Below are positions 10,856 to 19,529 of a stretch of DNA of 64,000 nucleotides, in pieces. Origin of the DNA: Nitrosopumilaceae archaeon (GTDB lineage Archaea; Thermoproteota; Nitrososphaeria; Nitrososphaerales; Nitrosopumilaceae); contig CBDBCR010000001.1 in assembly GCA_965203465.1 (NCBI GenBank), positions 576,001 through 640,000 on the forward strand, in the 5' to 3' direction. Each line of letters opens with the position of its first letter. Position 1 is the first letter of the stretch. A program made the translations under genes and the position numbers. Under the pieces are notes generated by a model, which saw nothing but the letters and a program-made list of their open reading frames with translations, ran no database searches and was not told the origin of the DNA.

Positions 10856-11695
10856 ATGGTTTACGTCAGGACAAAGAGCGTCGGGGGGGAAAAATACTCC
10901 TACATCGTAAAGAGCGTCTGGGATCCTGACCGCGGCGGCCCGCGCCAAAAGATAGTAAAGTACCTGGGCAAGTCCTCGCAGATCTCCGCGCTGGACATAC
11001 CGGCAGAGTACGCCAGCGAGCCCAAGGTGCGCGAGTTCGTCGATTCGCTGTCGGGCAGGGCCTCGGGGCGCACGCTCGACCTTGACCGAGCCAGGGCCGA
11101 CCTGCTCGAGGCGGCGCTGTCGGGCAGCACCGACTCCGCCCTGCGCGTGCGCGACGGGTGGGAATCGGCGCACGGCATCATCGCATTCTACGACTTGGTG
11201 CTCAGGCCCGTCATGTACAGGGTCGGCGATCTGTGGATGTCCGGCTCGATAGGCGTGGGCGACGAGCACGTCGCGAGCAACGTGGCCTCGATGCTGGTGC
11301 GCGAGGCGCGGCCGGTCAAGCGCAGGTCCGGCAGCGTGCTCATATGCACGCCCGTCGGCGAGGAGCACAGCATCGGGTGCGCCATACTGGAGGCGGCCCT
11401 CTCCGAGTCGGGGCTGCACGTCTGCAACATGGCCCCGTCGGCGCCCGCGGCCGAGGTGGCAAAGTTCGTCCTGGAGCACCGACCGGACCTGGTGCTCGTC
11501 TCGGTGACCGCCGGGGACAACGTGGCCGCCGCCAAGCGCCTGGTCAAAAAGCTGACCGGGATCGTCGGGGCCCGGGTCATGGCCGGCGGGCAGGGCGCGG
11601 CCGGCAGATCCGACCTCGGCTGCCCCGTCGTATCCGATCAGTCCCTCGAGCAGACTGTGCGCTCGGTGCGCTCGGCAGTCTTCGGCAGGCTTTAA
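10856..11695 (+). CDS. Cobalamin (B12)-binding domain protein, putative regulator
   Basis: W-x9-EH cap motif (WMSGSIGVGDEH), EEHSIG His ligand, SVT and GG Rossmann motifs, basic N-terminal domain. Confidence 0.85.
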   Translation: MVYVRTKSVGGEKYSYIVKSVWDPDRGGPRQKIVKYLGKSSQISALDIPAEYASEPKVREFVDSLSGRASGRTLDLDRARADLLEAALSGSTDSALRVRDGWESAHGIIAFYDLVLRPVMYRVGDLWMSGSIGVGDEHVASNVASMLVREARPVKRRSGSVLICTPVGEEHSIGCAILEAALSESGLHVCNMAPSAPAAEVAKFVLEHRPDLVLVSVTAGDNVAAAKRLVKKLTGIVGARVMAGGQGAAGRSDLGCPVVSDQSLEQTVRSVRSAVFGRL

Positions 11696-11721
11696 ATCGG
11701 CCGGGGCCGCCGCCCGGGCCG

Positions 11722-11844
11722 GTGGCCGGCCTCGACTTTTCGTGCCAGTTCTGCGGCAGGGGCTTCGGCTCGGACGTCATGGCCCTGGCCCGGCACATCG
11801 GCGACGAGCACGACCGGCGCCCGCCGGCGCGCGACATTCAATAG
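11722..11844 (+). CDS. C2H2 zinc-finger microprotein (40 aa)
   Basis: TTTAAAT near 11691 then GTG at 11722; CQFC-x13-HxxxxH. Confidence 0.65.
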   Translation: MAGLDFSCQFCGRGFGSDVMALARHIGDEHDRRPPARDIQ

Positions 11845-11866
11845 TGGCCGGGCCCGCAGGCGGGGC

Positions 11867-11965
11867 GTGTCCCGGATAAAGGCCATAGCCGCCTGGGTAG
11901 CCATCATCGGCGGCGGGATAGCGTTCTACTTTTTCTACGGGGTCGCCGCCGAATGGATGAGGTAG
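11867..11965 (+). CDS. Single-TM microprotein (32 aa), not in ORF track
   Basis: GTG...TAG encodes MSRIKAIAAWVAIIGGGIAFYFFYGVAAEWMR; AT-rich box near 11837-11843. Confidence 0.6.
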   Translation: MSRIKAIAAWVAIIGGGIAFYFFYGVAAEWMR

Positions 11966-12402
11966 GGCCCGTAACGCAGGAGATGAAAGAGTTCCTCCGC
12001 AAGAGGCGCCTGGCCTACGTGGCGACCGTCTCGCCGGACGGCTCGCCCAACCTCTCGCCAAAGGGGACGGTGCTGGCCATCGATTCGCGCAGCCTGGTCT
12101 TTGCCGACATACGCTCGCCGCGCACCGTCTCGAACCTCGCGGCCAACCCGGCAGTCGAGATAAACTCGGTGGATCCGGTCTCGCGCAGGGGGTACCGGTT
12201 CGCCGGCAGGGCCAGGTTGCTCGGGCGAGGCGAGCCCGAGCTTGAAAAGGCCGCCGCCATGTACGCGCAGATGGGCGTGCGCTCTGAGGTGCGCGGCGTG
12301 GTGCTCGTCTCGGTGGAGAGGGCCTCGGAGGTGACGTCCCCCGTCTACGACCTGGGCGACACCGAGGAGCAGGTGCGCAAGGCCTGGTCAGGCAGGATCT
12401 GA
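11953..12402 (+). CDS. Pyridoxamine 5'-phosphate oxidase-like FMN-binding protein
   Basis: YVATVSPDGSPNLSPKG, TVSNLAANP, RGYRF motifs. Confidence 0.88.
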   Translation: MDEVGPVTQEMKEFLRKRRLAYVATVSPDGSPNLSPKGTVLAIDSRSLVFADIRSPRTVSNLAANPAVEINSVDPVSRRGYRFAGRARLLGRGEPELEKAAAMYAQMGVRSEVRGVVLVSVERASEVTSPVYDLGDTEEQVRKAWSGRI

Positions 12403-13032
12403 CTCGCCGAGGCGCGCGCGCAGGCGGGCCACCTCAGCCTCGGCGGCCTCGAGCCTGGAGCGCATCGAGGCCACCACGGCGCTGGCAGCCTCGACCACGC
12501 CGCGCGGCTCCGCCTCTGCGGGCGGCGCGGGGCCGGCCTGCGCCCTTGCGGCCTCGACCGCCGCCAGTTCCCGGCGGGCCGCGGCCTTGCTGGCCTCGAG
12601 CTCGTCTAGGGCCGCGCGCGCGCTCGCGGCCTCCTGCAGGGCGCGCGCGCGAGACTCCCTGGCCTCTTCCAGGTCGGACTTGGCGCGGCCCAGCGCCTCT
12701 TGTGCCGACGCGAGCTCGTCGAGCTTCTGCTTGCCGCGCCTGCACTCTTTGTCCATCTGCTCGGCGCGCGACTTTGCTATCGCGTACCTGCGCTCCAGCG
12801 ACTCGGCCCTGTCGCGCTCCTCGTTGGCCTCGCGCCGGACCGACATCAGGTCCGAGACGGTCTGGTCGTACTCTGACTTTACGTCCGCGAGGCGCTTTGC
12901 GAGCTCGTCAAGCTCCGAGCGCCGCTCGACTATGCGCGCGCCCAGCTCTTCTGCCTCGCGCGCCTTTTCGGCCGCGCCGTCGCCGGGCTCTGGGGCCGGC
13001 TCGGCCTCGGGGCGGCGGCCGAACAGCCTCAC
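12388..13032 (-). CDS. Coiled-coil hypothetical protein
   Basis: Heptad-rich A/E/R composition; co-oriented with the lysS operon. Confidence 0.7.
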   Translation of the reverse strand: MRLFGRRPEAEPAPEPGDGAAEKAREAEELGARIVERRSELDELAKRLADVKSEYDQTVSDLMSVRREANEERDRAESLERRYAIAKSRAEQMDKECRRGKQKLDELASAQEALGRAKSDLEEARESRARALQEAASARAALDELEASKAAARRELAAVEAARAQAGPAPPAEAEPRGVVEAASAVVASMRSRLEAAEAEVARLRARLGESDPA

Positions 13033-13223
13033 CTGCCACCCCTCCGCACGAAGCGCAGGTAGAACCCGAGCCCGCCTACGGCAAAGCCGAAGCCTATGGC
13101 CGCCGCGCCCAGCCCGGGGCTGTCCTGCAGGTACAGCGGCGCGGTGATGAATATCAACGCGCCTAAAAGTATCAGGAAGAACCCGCCGCTGCCGCGCGAG
13201 CGGCCCGGAGCCCTGTGCGCCAT
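13029..13223 (-). CDS. Small two-TM membrane protein
   Basis: Two hydrophobic segments; start overlaps the lysS stop. Confidence 0.75.
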   Translation of the reverse strand: MAHRAPGRSRGSGGFFLILLGALIFITAPLYLQDSPGLGAAAIGFGFAVGGLGFYLRFVRRGGR

Positions 13224-14782
13224 CAGAGCGCCCCCCTTATGGCGGAGGCCGCGCGCGCGCGCCCCATCTCGGATATGAGCGGCCCCAGCCGCGGGCCGCG
13301 CGGCCTGCCGAGCAGTATCATGTAGAGCAGCTCAAAGACGTCCTTTGCGCCCACGCCGCCCTGCTCTGCCGCCGCGCGCACCAGATCCGGGACGTCCCCG
13401 CCCCCCTCCAGCCCGTCGGCGAGGCCCGCGAGCGGCGCGCGCATGCCCTCGGGGATCCGGGCCTCGCCGGCGCCGGACATAAAGTCGTCGGCAAAGTTGC
13501 CCGCGCGCTCTATCATGCCGGCGATCCCGGGGGCGCCCGCGTCGATGCCGGCGGCCTCGAGCCTCCTGCAGACGCGCGCGGCCCTGTCCTCCGCAAACAC
13601 CGAGCACAGCCGCGCGAGCATCGCGTAGTCGACGCGCGGGCGCGGCCCGCCGGGTGGGCGCAGCAGGTGGACGTACTCGTACAGGCCGCGCATGCGATCG
13701 AGGCGCTCGGCGCCCGGCTCGCGCCCGCGCCCAAAGTACACGTCCTCGAGGGAATCGTACTCTGCCTCCAGCGACGGTATGTCCTCCAGGCCCAGCTCGC
13801 GCGCGCCGCTTATCCTCTTGTACAGCAGCAGCAGCAGCGACTGCGGCGTGCCGTACCGCAGCCACGCCTGCGCGGTGACCACGTTGCCCGACGACTTTGA
13901 GATCTTGCGCCCGCCCCTGTCGAGGAACATCTCGTACTTTGCGTGGTGCGGCGGGGCCCTGCCCAGCACGTCCGAGCAGACCCAGTCGTTTACGCGCACC
14001 GAATCCATGATGTCCTTGCCGTACGCCTCGAAGCGCACGTCCAGCGCGGCCCACCGCGCCGCAAACTCGACCTTCCACGCGAGCTTGCCCGGATCCTCGC
14101 CGAGGCGCGCCCTTCCCCGGTGCCCGCACCCCTCCACCGACAGCCCGCCTATGCGGGCCCCGGAGCACTCGTATTCCACCGCGCGGCCCCGCTCGTCGTA
14201 CGATGCGGCCTCTGCGGTGTACAGCCGGCCGCACCGCGAGCAGACGGGGTGGTACGGCGGCCGGCCCGAGTACTTTGACTGCCCCGTAAGCTCTGCTATT
14301 TTTTCGCCTATCCTGCCGCTGCTGCTCAGTATGGCGTGGGACTGCTCGTCCAGCTCGCCCGCAGAGTACACCTCCGAGGCCCTCCTGTGCGTGTACGATA
14401 TACCCAGAGAGTCGAGGCCCTCGAGCAGAAGCGAGGACATGTGCTCGCCGTACGAGCCGTGGCAGCCGCCCGGATCCGGCACAGACGAGACCGGCTCTGC
14501 GATGTGATCGCCGAGCCAGCCGGGCATCCCGTCGGGGACCTTGCGCAGCCCGTCCATGTCGTCCGAGTACGCCACAAGCTCGGAGCCGTACCCCATGTCA
14601 CGCAGGGCCAGGCTGACGCCGTAGGCGCGCACCGCGTCGCCGAGGCTGCCCACGTGCGGCACGCCCGAGGCGCCCAGCCCGCTCTCGACGCGCACCATGT
14701 CGAGGCTGCGGCCCAGCTTTTTCTCGCGATCTATAAGCTCGGATGCAAGCTTGTCTATCCAGGTGCCCCTTCCTATCTTCAA
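13223..14782 (-). CDS. lysS: Class I lysyl-tRNA synthetase
   Basis: TTG start overlapping the elp3 stop; SGVPHVG (HIGH-like), GKLAWKVEFAARW, KISKSSGN, GPRLGP. Confidence 0.95.
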   Translation of the reverse strand: MKIGRGTWIDKLASELIDREKKLGRSLDMVRVESGLGASGVPHVGSLGDAVRAYGVSLALRDMGYGSELVAYSDDMDGLRKVPDGMPGWLGDHIAEPVSSVPDPGGCHGSYGEHMSSLLLEGLDSLGISYTHRRASEVYSAGELDEQSHAILSSSGRIGEKIAELTGQSKYSGRPPYHPVCSRCGRLYTAEAASYDERGRAVEYECSGARIGGLSVEGCGHRGRARLGEDPGKLAWKVEFAARWAALDVRFEAYGKDIMDSVRVNDWVCSDVLGRAPPHHAKYEMFLDRGGRKISKSSGNVVTAQAWLRYGTPQSLLLLLYKRISGARELGLEDIPSLEAEYDSLEDVYFGRGREPGAERLDRMRGLYEYVHLLRPPGGPRPRVDYAMLARLCSVFAEDRAARVCRRLEAAGIDAGAPGIAGMIERAGNFADDFMSGAGEARIPEGMRAPLAGLADGLEGGGDVPDLVRAAAEQGGVGAKDVFELLYMILLGRPRGPRLGPLISEMGRARAASAIRGAL

Positions 14783-16302
14783 CGCAGATCCCTTGCCATG
14801 TACGGGCCGCGCCGCTCGTACCCCAGGCGCCGGTAGTACGGGCGCACGCCGGCCGCGCTGAGCACCAGCAGGCGCCGCGCGCCGGCCTCGCGCGCGATGC
14901 CCTCGGCCTCTGCCATCAGCCTGGCGCCGAGCCCCCTGTGCTGTATGCCGCCCCTGCCGCCGAGCGGCAGCGACCTGCCGTACACGTGCAGCTCGCGCAC
15001 CACGGCCGCGCCCGCAAGCTCGGGCCGGTGCGGACTGCGGGGCTCGCGCACCCGCACGAACCCCTGTATCCCGCCGCCCTCCATGGATACAAAGTGCTCG
15101 GCCCCCCCAGAGGCCGAGTACCGCTCGCGCAGCATCCGGGGCTCGCATGGCGCGCCGGCCTCGCGGCAGCGTATGCACCTGCACGCCAGCCCCTCTTTTT
15201 CCATGAACGCGCGCACCTCCTGGCGCAGGTTGCCCCGGCGCGGGCCGGCCGAGATCTGGCTCGGCTGCATCTCGCGCTGTATCCTCATGATGCGCGCCCA
15301 CGGCGGCACGCGCGACTTTGCCAGCGCCAGCGTGCGCACCAGATCCTCGTGCGGGTAGGGCTCGTACTGCCCGCGCTCGTGCTGCTCGTGGAGCAGGGTG
15401 CCGGGCAGCGCCAGCGCGGGGTAAATCTTTAGCATGTCGGGCCGGAAGGCCGGATCCGAGAACAGGCGGGTCAGGTCCTCCAAGTCTTTTTCGGGCGTGG
15501 CCGTCGGCAGGCCCGGCATCATGTGGGCCACTATCTTGTACCCGGAATCGCGCGCGGAGGCGAACGCCTCGCGCACCTCGGCCACGCCGTGGCCGCGGTT
15601 GACCAGGCGCAGCACATCCTCGCGCAGCGACTGCACGCCAAGCTCCACGCGCGTCACGCCGCACTCGAGCATGTCGTCTATGTGGGAGGGCCCGCACCAG
15701 TCCGGCTTGGTCTCTACGGAAAAGCCCACGCTGCGCGAGGGCGCCGATTCGTTTGCGAGCTGCGCCGATGCCAGCGTCGGCGAGGCGTGCCCGTTGAGCG
15801 CGTCGTAGCACGACTTCGCGAACCACGCGCGGTACCGGCGGGGCAAAAACATGAACGTGCCGCCGACCACTACCATCTCCACCTTGGACGTGTCGTGGCC
15901 CGCGGCGGCGAGGCGCGCCAGGCCGTCGCCCGCCTGCAGCCGCGGATCGTAGCCGCGCGCCATCGCGCCGGCGGCCGACGGCTCGAGGCCCGTGTAGCTG
16001 TTGGGCGTGCCCGCGGCCGGCCCTCCGGGGCAGTAGGTGCACCTTCCGTGGGGGCAGGCGTACGGCATCGGCATGACCGTCACGACGGCCACGCCCGAGC
16101 CGGTCCTGACCGGCTTGCTCGCGAGCGTCTGCCGGAGGCGCCCGCCTGCGGCGCGCGCGAGTATCTCGCGGTTGCGCGGTATGCGCTCGGGCGAGTGCCT
16201 GGCGCACGCGCTCATGATCACCCGGCGCGCGTCCGAGCCGGGCCTCTCCTCCAGGTTCCGCACTATCTCTTGGCACGCCCTCTCGAAGCGCTCGGACTCC
16301 AC
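14779..16302 (-). CDS. elp3: Elp3 tRNA uridine(34) acetyltransferase (radical SAM plus GNAT)
   Basis: CPHGRCTYCPGG, ETKPD, VELGVQS, CRCIRCRE, VRELHVYG, QHRGLG; GTG start inferred. Confidence 0.95.
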   Translation of the reverse strand: MESERFERACQEIVRNLEERPGSDARRVIMSACARHSPERIPRNREILARAAGGRLRQTLASKPVRTGSGVAVVTVMPMPYACPHGRCTYCPGGPAAGTPNSYTGLEPSAAGAMARGYDPRLQAGDGLARLAAAGHDTSKVEMVVVGGTFMFLPRRYRAWFAKSCYDALNGHASPTLASAQLANESAPSRSVGFSVETKPDWCGPSHIDDMLECGVTRVELGVQSLREDVLRLVNRGHGVAEVREAFASARDSGYKIVAHMMPGLPTATPEKDLEDLTRLFSDPAFRPDMLKIYPALALPGTLLHEQHERGQYEPYPHEDLVRTLALAKSRVPPWARIMRIQREMQPSQISAGPRRGNLRQEVRAFMEKEGLACRCIRCREAGAPCEPRMLRERYSASGGAEHFVSMEGGGIQGFVRVREPRSPHRPELAGAAVVRELHVYGRSLPLGGRGGIQHRGLGARLMAEAEGIAREAGARRLLVLSAAGVRPYYRRLGYERRGPYMARDLR

Positions 16303-16374
16303 GGCGGGCCCCGGGCGCGGCCGGAATAAATGCCTTGTATTGGTTTTAATACGGCCCGCGCCCGCAGAGCCGCC

Positions 16375-16680
16375 GTGACCGTCGTGGTGACCTCTATGCC
16401 GGGCGGCATAGCGCAGGTGTTCAACCCCGATACGGGCAGGATCACGTACAAGTGCAAGTCCGAGCGGGGAGCGGTAATGGAGATAGAGGCGCTCGGAGGC
16501 GTGGTGCGCTTTTTCGGCAGGGGCTCGAGCGCCGCGGTGGCCGGCCCGTCGGCCGAGCTGCACGAATGCGAGGTGCTGTCGGAGGGCGACGAGGGGTACG
16601 CAGAGGCGGTCGCCGAGGCCGGGCGCTGCCGCGCAGAGTTTGCGCGCGAGCGCATAGCCGAGCTGCAAAAGAGCCTATAG
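16375..16680 (+). CDS. Hypothetical protein
   Basis: TTTTAATA near 16344 then GTG at 16375; protein-like composition. Confidence 0.65.
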   Translation: MTVVVTSMPGGIAQVFNPDTGRITYKCKSERGAVMEIEALGGVVRFFGRGSSAAVAGPSAELHECEVLSEGDEGYAEAVAEAGRCRAEFARERIAELQKSL

Positions 16681-16755
16681 AGGTTATGCGCAATCTACCA
16701 AATCTCGAATATCCGTGCCTAGAAAAACTCAACCGGCGCGTTTACGCATAGACTC
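16680..16755. mobile_element. MITE-like element, copy A (about 76 bp)
   Basis: Imperfect terminal inverted repeat GAGGTTATGCGCAATC versus reverse complement GAGTCTATGCGTAAAC (12/16); homologous copies near 52222 and 52552. Confidence 0.7.
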
Positions 16756-17580
16756 TTATGACTTTGTGCACGAGGCCACCAGGTAGTCTATGGCGCCGCG
16801 CTCCGAGGCGCGCGCCATGCTGCGCAGCGAGGCGTTGAGTATCTTTTCCACGTATCCGGGGTACTGCGAGCGTATCCTGCCCGCTATGGACGCGCGGTGC
16901 GAGCTGTAGTGGCGCCAGAGCGGCGCGTACACCCTGCCGCCGGCCCGCTCCACCGAATCGACGCGAAAGCTAGCGCGCAGCAGCTCCTGGACGCGCCCGG
17001 CGTCGTGGCGCTGCGAGGGCCACGTGGCCCCGAGCAGGCCGAGGCCGCCCCCCGTGGCGACCGGCACGGCCACCACGAGCCTCCCGCCGGGGCGCAGCAC
17101 GCGCAGCGACTCGCCGACGAAATCCGGCATCCTCCCAAAGTGCTGGGCCGACTCCAGGGCGATGACCGCGTCGGCGCACCCGCCGCGCAGGGGCAGCTTT
17201 TGCGCGTCGGCGCAGACGCCGCCGGCGGCGTGCGCGAAGTTGATGTCGGCGCGCAGCACGTCCAGCGGCCCGAACTCCGCGTTCCAGATCCGGGCGGGCT
17301 CGCCGTAGCCGCACCCCGCGTCGACTACGGTCTGCCCGGGCCCGAGCCGGGCGAGCTCGCCGGTCTTTAGCGCCATGCGCCTCTGCGCCTCGGCCGGCCC
17401 GTCGCCTTCGTCCCAGTACCCGAAGTTGAGCATCGTGCCGCCGGTCGCCAGGCGCATTATGGCGGACAGAGAATCGTACATGCGTATGACGTCGCGGCCG
17501 CTCCTGCGCAGCACCCACGGCACCATGTCCAGCACGGACGGCGTGCGGGCCGGCGCCATCGGTGAACCGTCCAACCGCAA
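16756..17580 (-). CDS. Class I SAM-dependent methyltransferase
   Basis: LNFGYW, VVDAGCGYG motif I, ALESAQHF, LRPGG; start uncertain. Confidence 0.88.
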   Translation of the reverse strand: MRLDGSPMAPARTPSVLDMVPWVLRRSGRDVIRMYDSLSAIMRLATGGTMLNFGYWDEGDGPAEAQRRMALKTGELARLGPGQTVVDAGCGYGEPARIWNAEFGPLDVLRADINFAHAAGGVCADAQKLPLRGGCADAVIALESAQHFGRMPDFVGESLRVLRPGGRLVVAVPVATGGGLGLLGATWPSQRHDAGRVQELLRASFRVDSVERAGGRVYAPLWRHYSSHRASIAGRIRSQYPGYVEKILNASLRSMARASERGAIDYLVASCTKS

Positions 17581-17763
17581 GGCCGGCCCGGCGCGCCGGT
17601 ATTAACGTTGGGCGCCAAGCGTAAGCGGTCAGGTCGTGGGATAGCCTAGTCACGAAAAAGCGCCGCAGGCGGATCTGGCCGTGCCTAAACGCAAGCCAGG
17701 CCTGACCGGCTACCGCCACGCGTCGCCAACGAATATTACCGGAAAGAGAGGCCGGCCCCGCGC

Positions 17764-17835
17764 GGCCTTCGTCGTATAATGGCAGTATAGGGGATTGTGG
17801 CTCCCCGGACAGGGGTTCGATTCCCCTCGAAGGCC
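17764..17835 (+). tRNA. tRNA-His (GTG), intronless, genome-encoded G-1, no encoded CCA
   Basis: Acceptor GCCTTCG/CGAAGGC, anticodon arm GGGGA-TTGTGGC-TCCCC, T arm AGGGG-TTCGATT-CCCCT, C73. Confidence 0.95.
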
Positions 17836-17838
17836 TTT

Positions 17839-18501
17839 TCAGGCGGCCATGCGGCGCACCTGCGCCAGGCTGTACTGGCCGGGCGCGACCGGCGGGCCCA
17901 TCGAGACGTACGTCCACGGGCTGCCCATGTACAGGCACAGTATCCGCGAGAGGCGGCCGTGCTCGCCCATCGAAAAGGCCACCAGGCTGCCGCCCTCGAA
18001 GCCAGAGTACAGCGAGAGGGTGCGCGCCGCGTCGGCCGGCCCCGCGGCCGTCGTGACCATCTTTACGTGCGGCGAGAGGCGCCGCATGGACGCGAGCCTG
18101 CGGGCAAGCTGAGCCGAGGGGGGCGTCCCCCCAAAGTCGTGCCACGACGCGAGTATCGGGGTGCCTGTGCCGCGCACGTACGAGGCCAGATCGGAGCTGC
18201 GCGAAAGCGCCGAGGCCTCGATGTCCGCCATGTGCGGGCCGTACTCGGCTATCAGCTTCAGGACTGATACGCGCTCCGCTTCCGTGCCGGAAAAAAAGCC
18301 GCCCTGCGAGGCCGGCCTCAGGGTGCAGACGCAGCGCGCAAGGCCCCTGCCGACGGCCTCGAGGGCCCGCGGCACCGAGGCCGGCCTGAGGAAGTCCAGG
18401 CGCAGCTCCGCGTACTCGGAGGAGCGCAGCGCCGTTTTAGCGCGGGCCGCCATGGCCCCGGGGGTCTTTGCGGCGACCGAGACGCACGTAGTGTACTTCA
18501 T
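17839..18501 (-). CDS. aroD: Type I 3-dehydroquinate dehydratase
   Basis: AELRLDFL, SWHDFGGTP, KMVTTA, FSMGEHGRLSR, APGQ. Confidence 0.92.
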   Translation of the reverse strand: MKYTTCVSVAAKTPGAMAARAKTALRSSEYAELRLDFLRPASVPRALEAVGRGLARCVCTLRPASQGGFFSGTEAERVSVLKLIAEYGPHMADIEASALSRSSDLASYVRGTGTPILASWHDFGGTPPSAQLARRLASMRRLSPHVKMVTTAAGPADAARTLSLYSGFEGGSLVAFSMGEHGRLSRILCLYMGSPWTYVSMGPPVAPGQYSLAQVRRMAA

Positions 18502-19529
18502 TTCTCCAGTATGCTCTCGTCGGAGACCTCTACGCCAAAGTGCCTGCCCGCCGCGGGCCGCGAATGCACCATCACCCTGTCGCCCTCCTTTAGGTGCGTG
18601 ACCGGGACGAGCCTGCCGTCGGGGCGCACGAAGCGTATGGTCTCGGCGTCCTGCGCTATTATGCCGCCGGTCCTGCCGCCTGCCGAAGCTTTGACCATGA
18701 GCATCGGGCGCCGCTCTATCTTGGAGCGGCCCACGGCGACGCGCCGCGCCCGGCCGCCGCTGCCGACCACGAGCACCTCGCTGCCCGACTCCAGCTCGGA
18801 GAGGTAGCGGGTAGTGCCGTCCGGCGCCAGCGTGTAGCAGTGGACAGCGCCGGCGTTGACTCGGAAAGGCCGCGGGGACGTAAACGACGAGCCGACCGAC
18901 TCGTTGTGGACCAGAAACATGAAATTGGAGCTGCTGCCCACCAGCATCCCCTCGCCGGCGCCCAGCATGGACACCGTGTCCACGCACACGCGCTCGCCGT
19001 CGCCCACCTCCTTTACCTCGAGTATCTTGCCCGGCGAGGTGGAGAGGCTCAGCGCGCCCATGCGCGAGAGGATCTCGCGCGCCCCGCCGGCCGACGAGGC
19101 GGGGAGTATGACGCCGTCGACGCCCACCTCTAGCACGGAGAACATCTTGCGCGCCTCGGCCGGGCTGGAGGCCGAGACGTATATCCTCGTGCCGGTCTTG
19201 CGCGCCCTGGCCACGATGTTTTCCAGCGGTATTATCTTCCAGTCGACCGACTCTATGACGGCGAAAGGCACGCCGCGCTCGGCCGCCTCGACAAGCGCGT
19301 CGATGTCCGCGTTCGACTTTACCCTGAACCGGGCGCCCGCCTTCCTGGAGCGGCCCCCCACCACCATGTCCGCGTCGGCGGATTCGTGCATGGTCGAAAG
19401 GCCGTGCTTGCGCGTGTACCTCGACGGCTTGGCGTATACGGTCTTTACGCCGGCGCGCGCAAGCTCGCCGAGCAGCCTGTCCTGCCCGCCCGCGCGGGCG
19501 CGCGGGGCCACCACGAGTTCCTTAGCCAA
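18498..19529 (-). CDS. 3-dehydroquinate synthase II
   Basis: WKIIPLEN, GERVCVDT, RPFRVNAGAVH, GRSKIERRPM, QDAETIR, RHFG; TTG start inferred. Confidence 0.93.
   Translation of the reverse strand: MAKELVVAPRARAGGQDRLLGELARAGVKTVYAKPSRYTRKHGLSTMHESADADMVVGGRSRKAGARFRVKSNADIDALVEAAERGVPFAVIESVDWKIIPLENIVARARKTGTRIYVSASSPAEARKMFSVLEVGVDGVILPASSAGGAREILSRMGALSLSTSPGKILEVKEVGDGERVCVDTVSMLGAGEGMLVGSSSNFMFLVHNESVGSSFTSPRPFRVNAGAVHCYTLAPDGTTRYLSELESGSEVLVVGSGGRARRVAVGRSKIERRPMLMVKASAGGRTGGIIAQDAETIRFVRPDGRLVPVTHLKEGDRVMVHSRPAAGRHFGVEVSDESILEK

Noticed and set aside
17764-17835. tRNA-His as integration site of the island
   Set aside because: No duplicate of its 3' end seen, flanks are housekeeping genes, and the island begins 26 kb away
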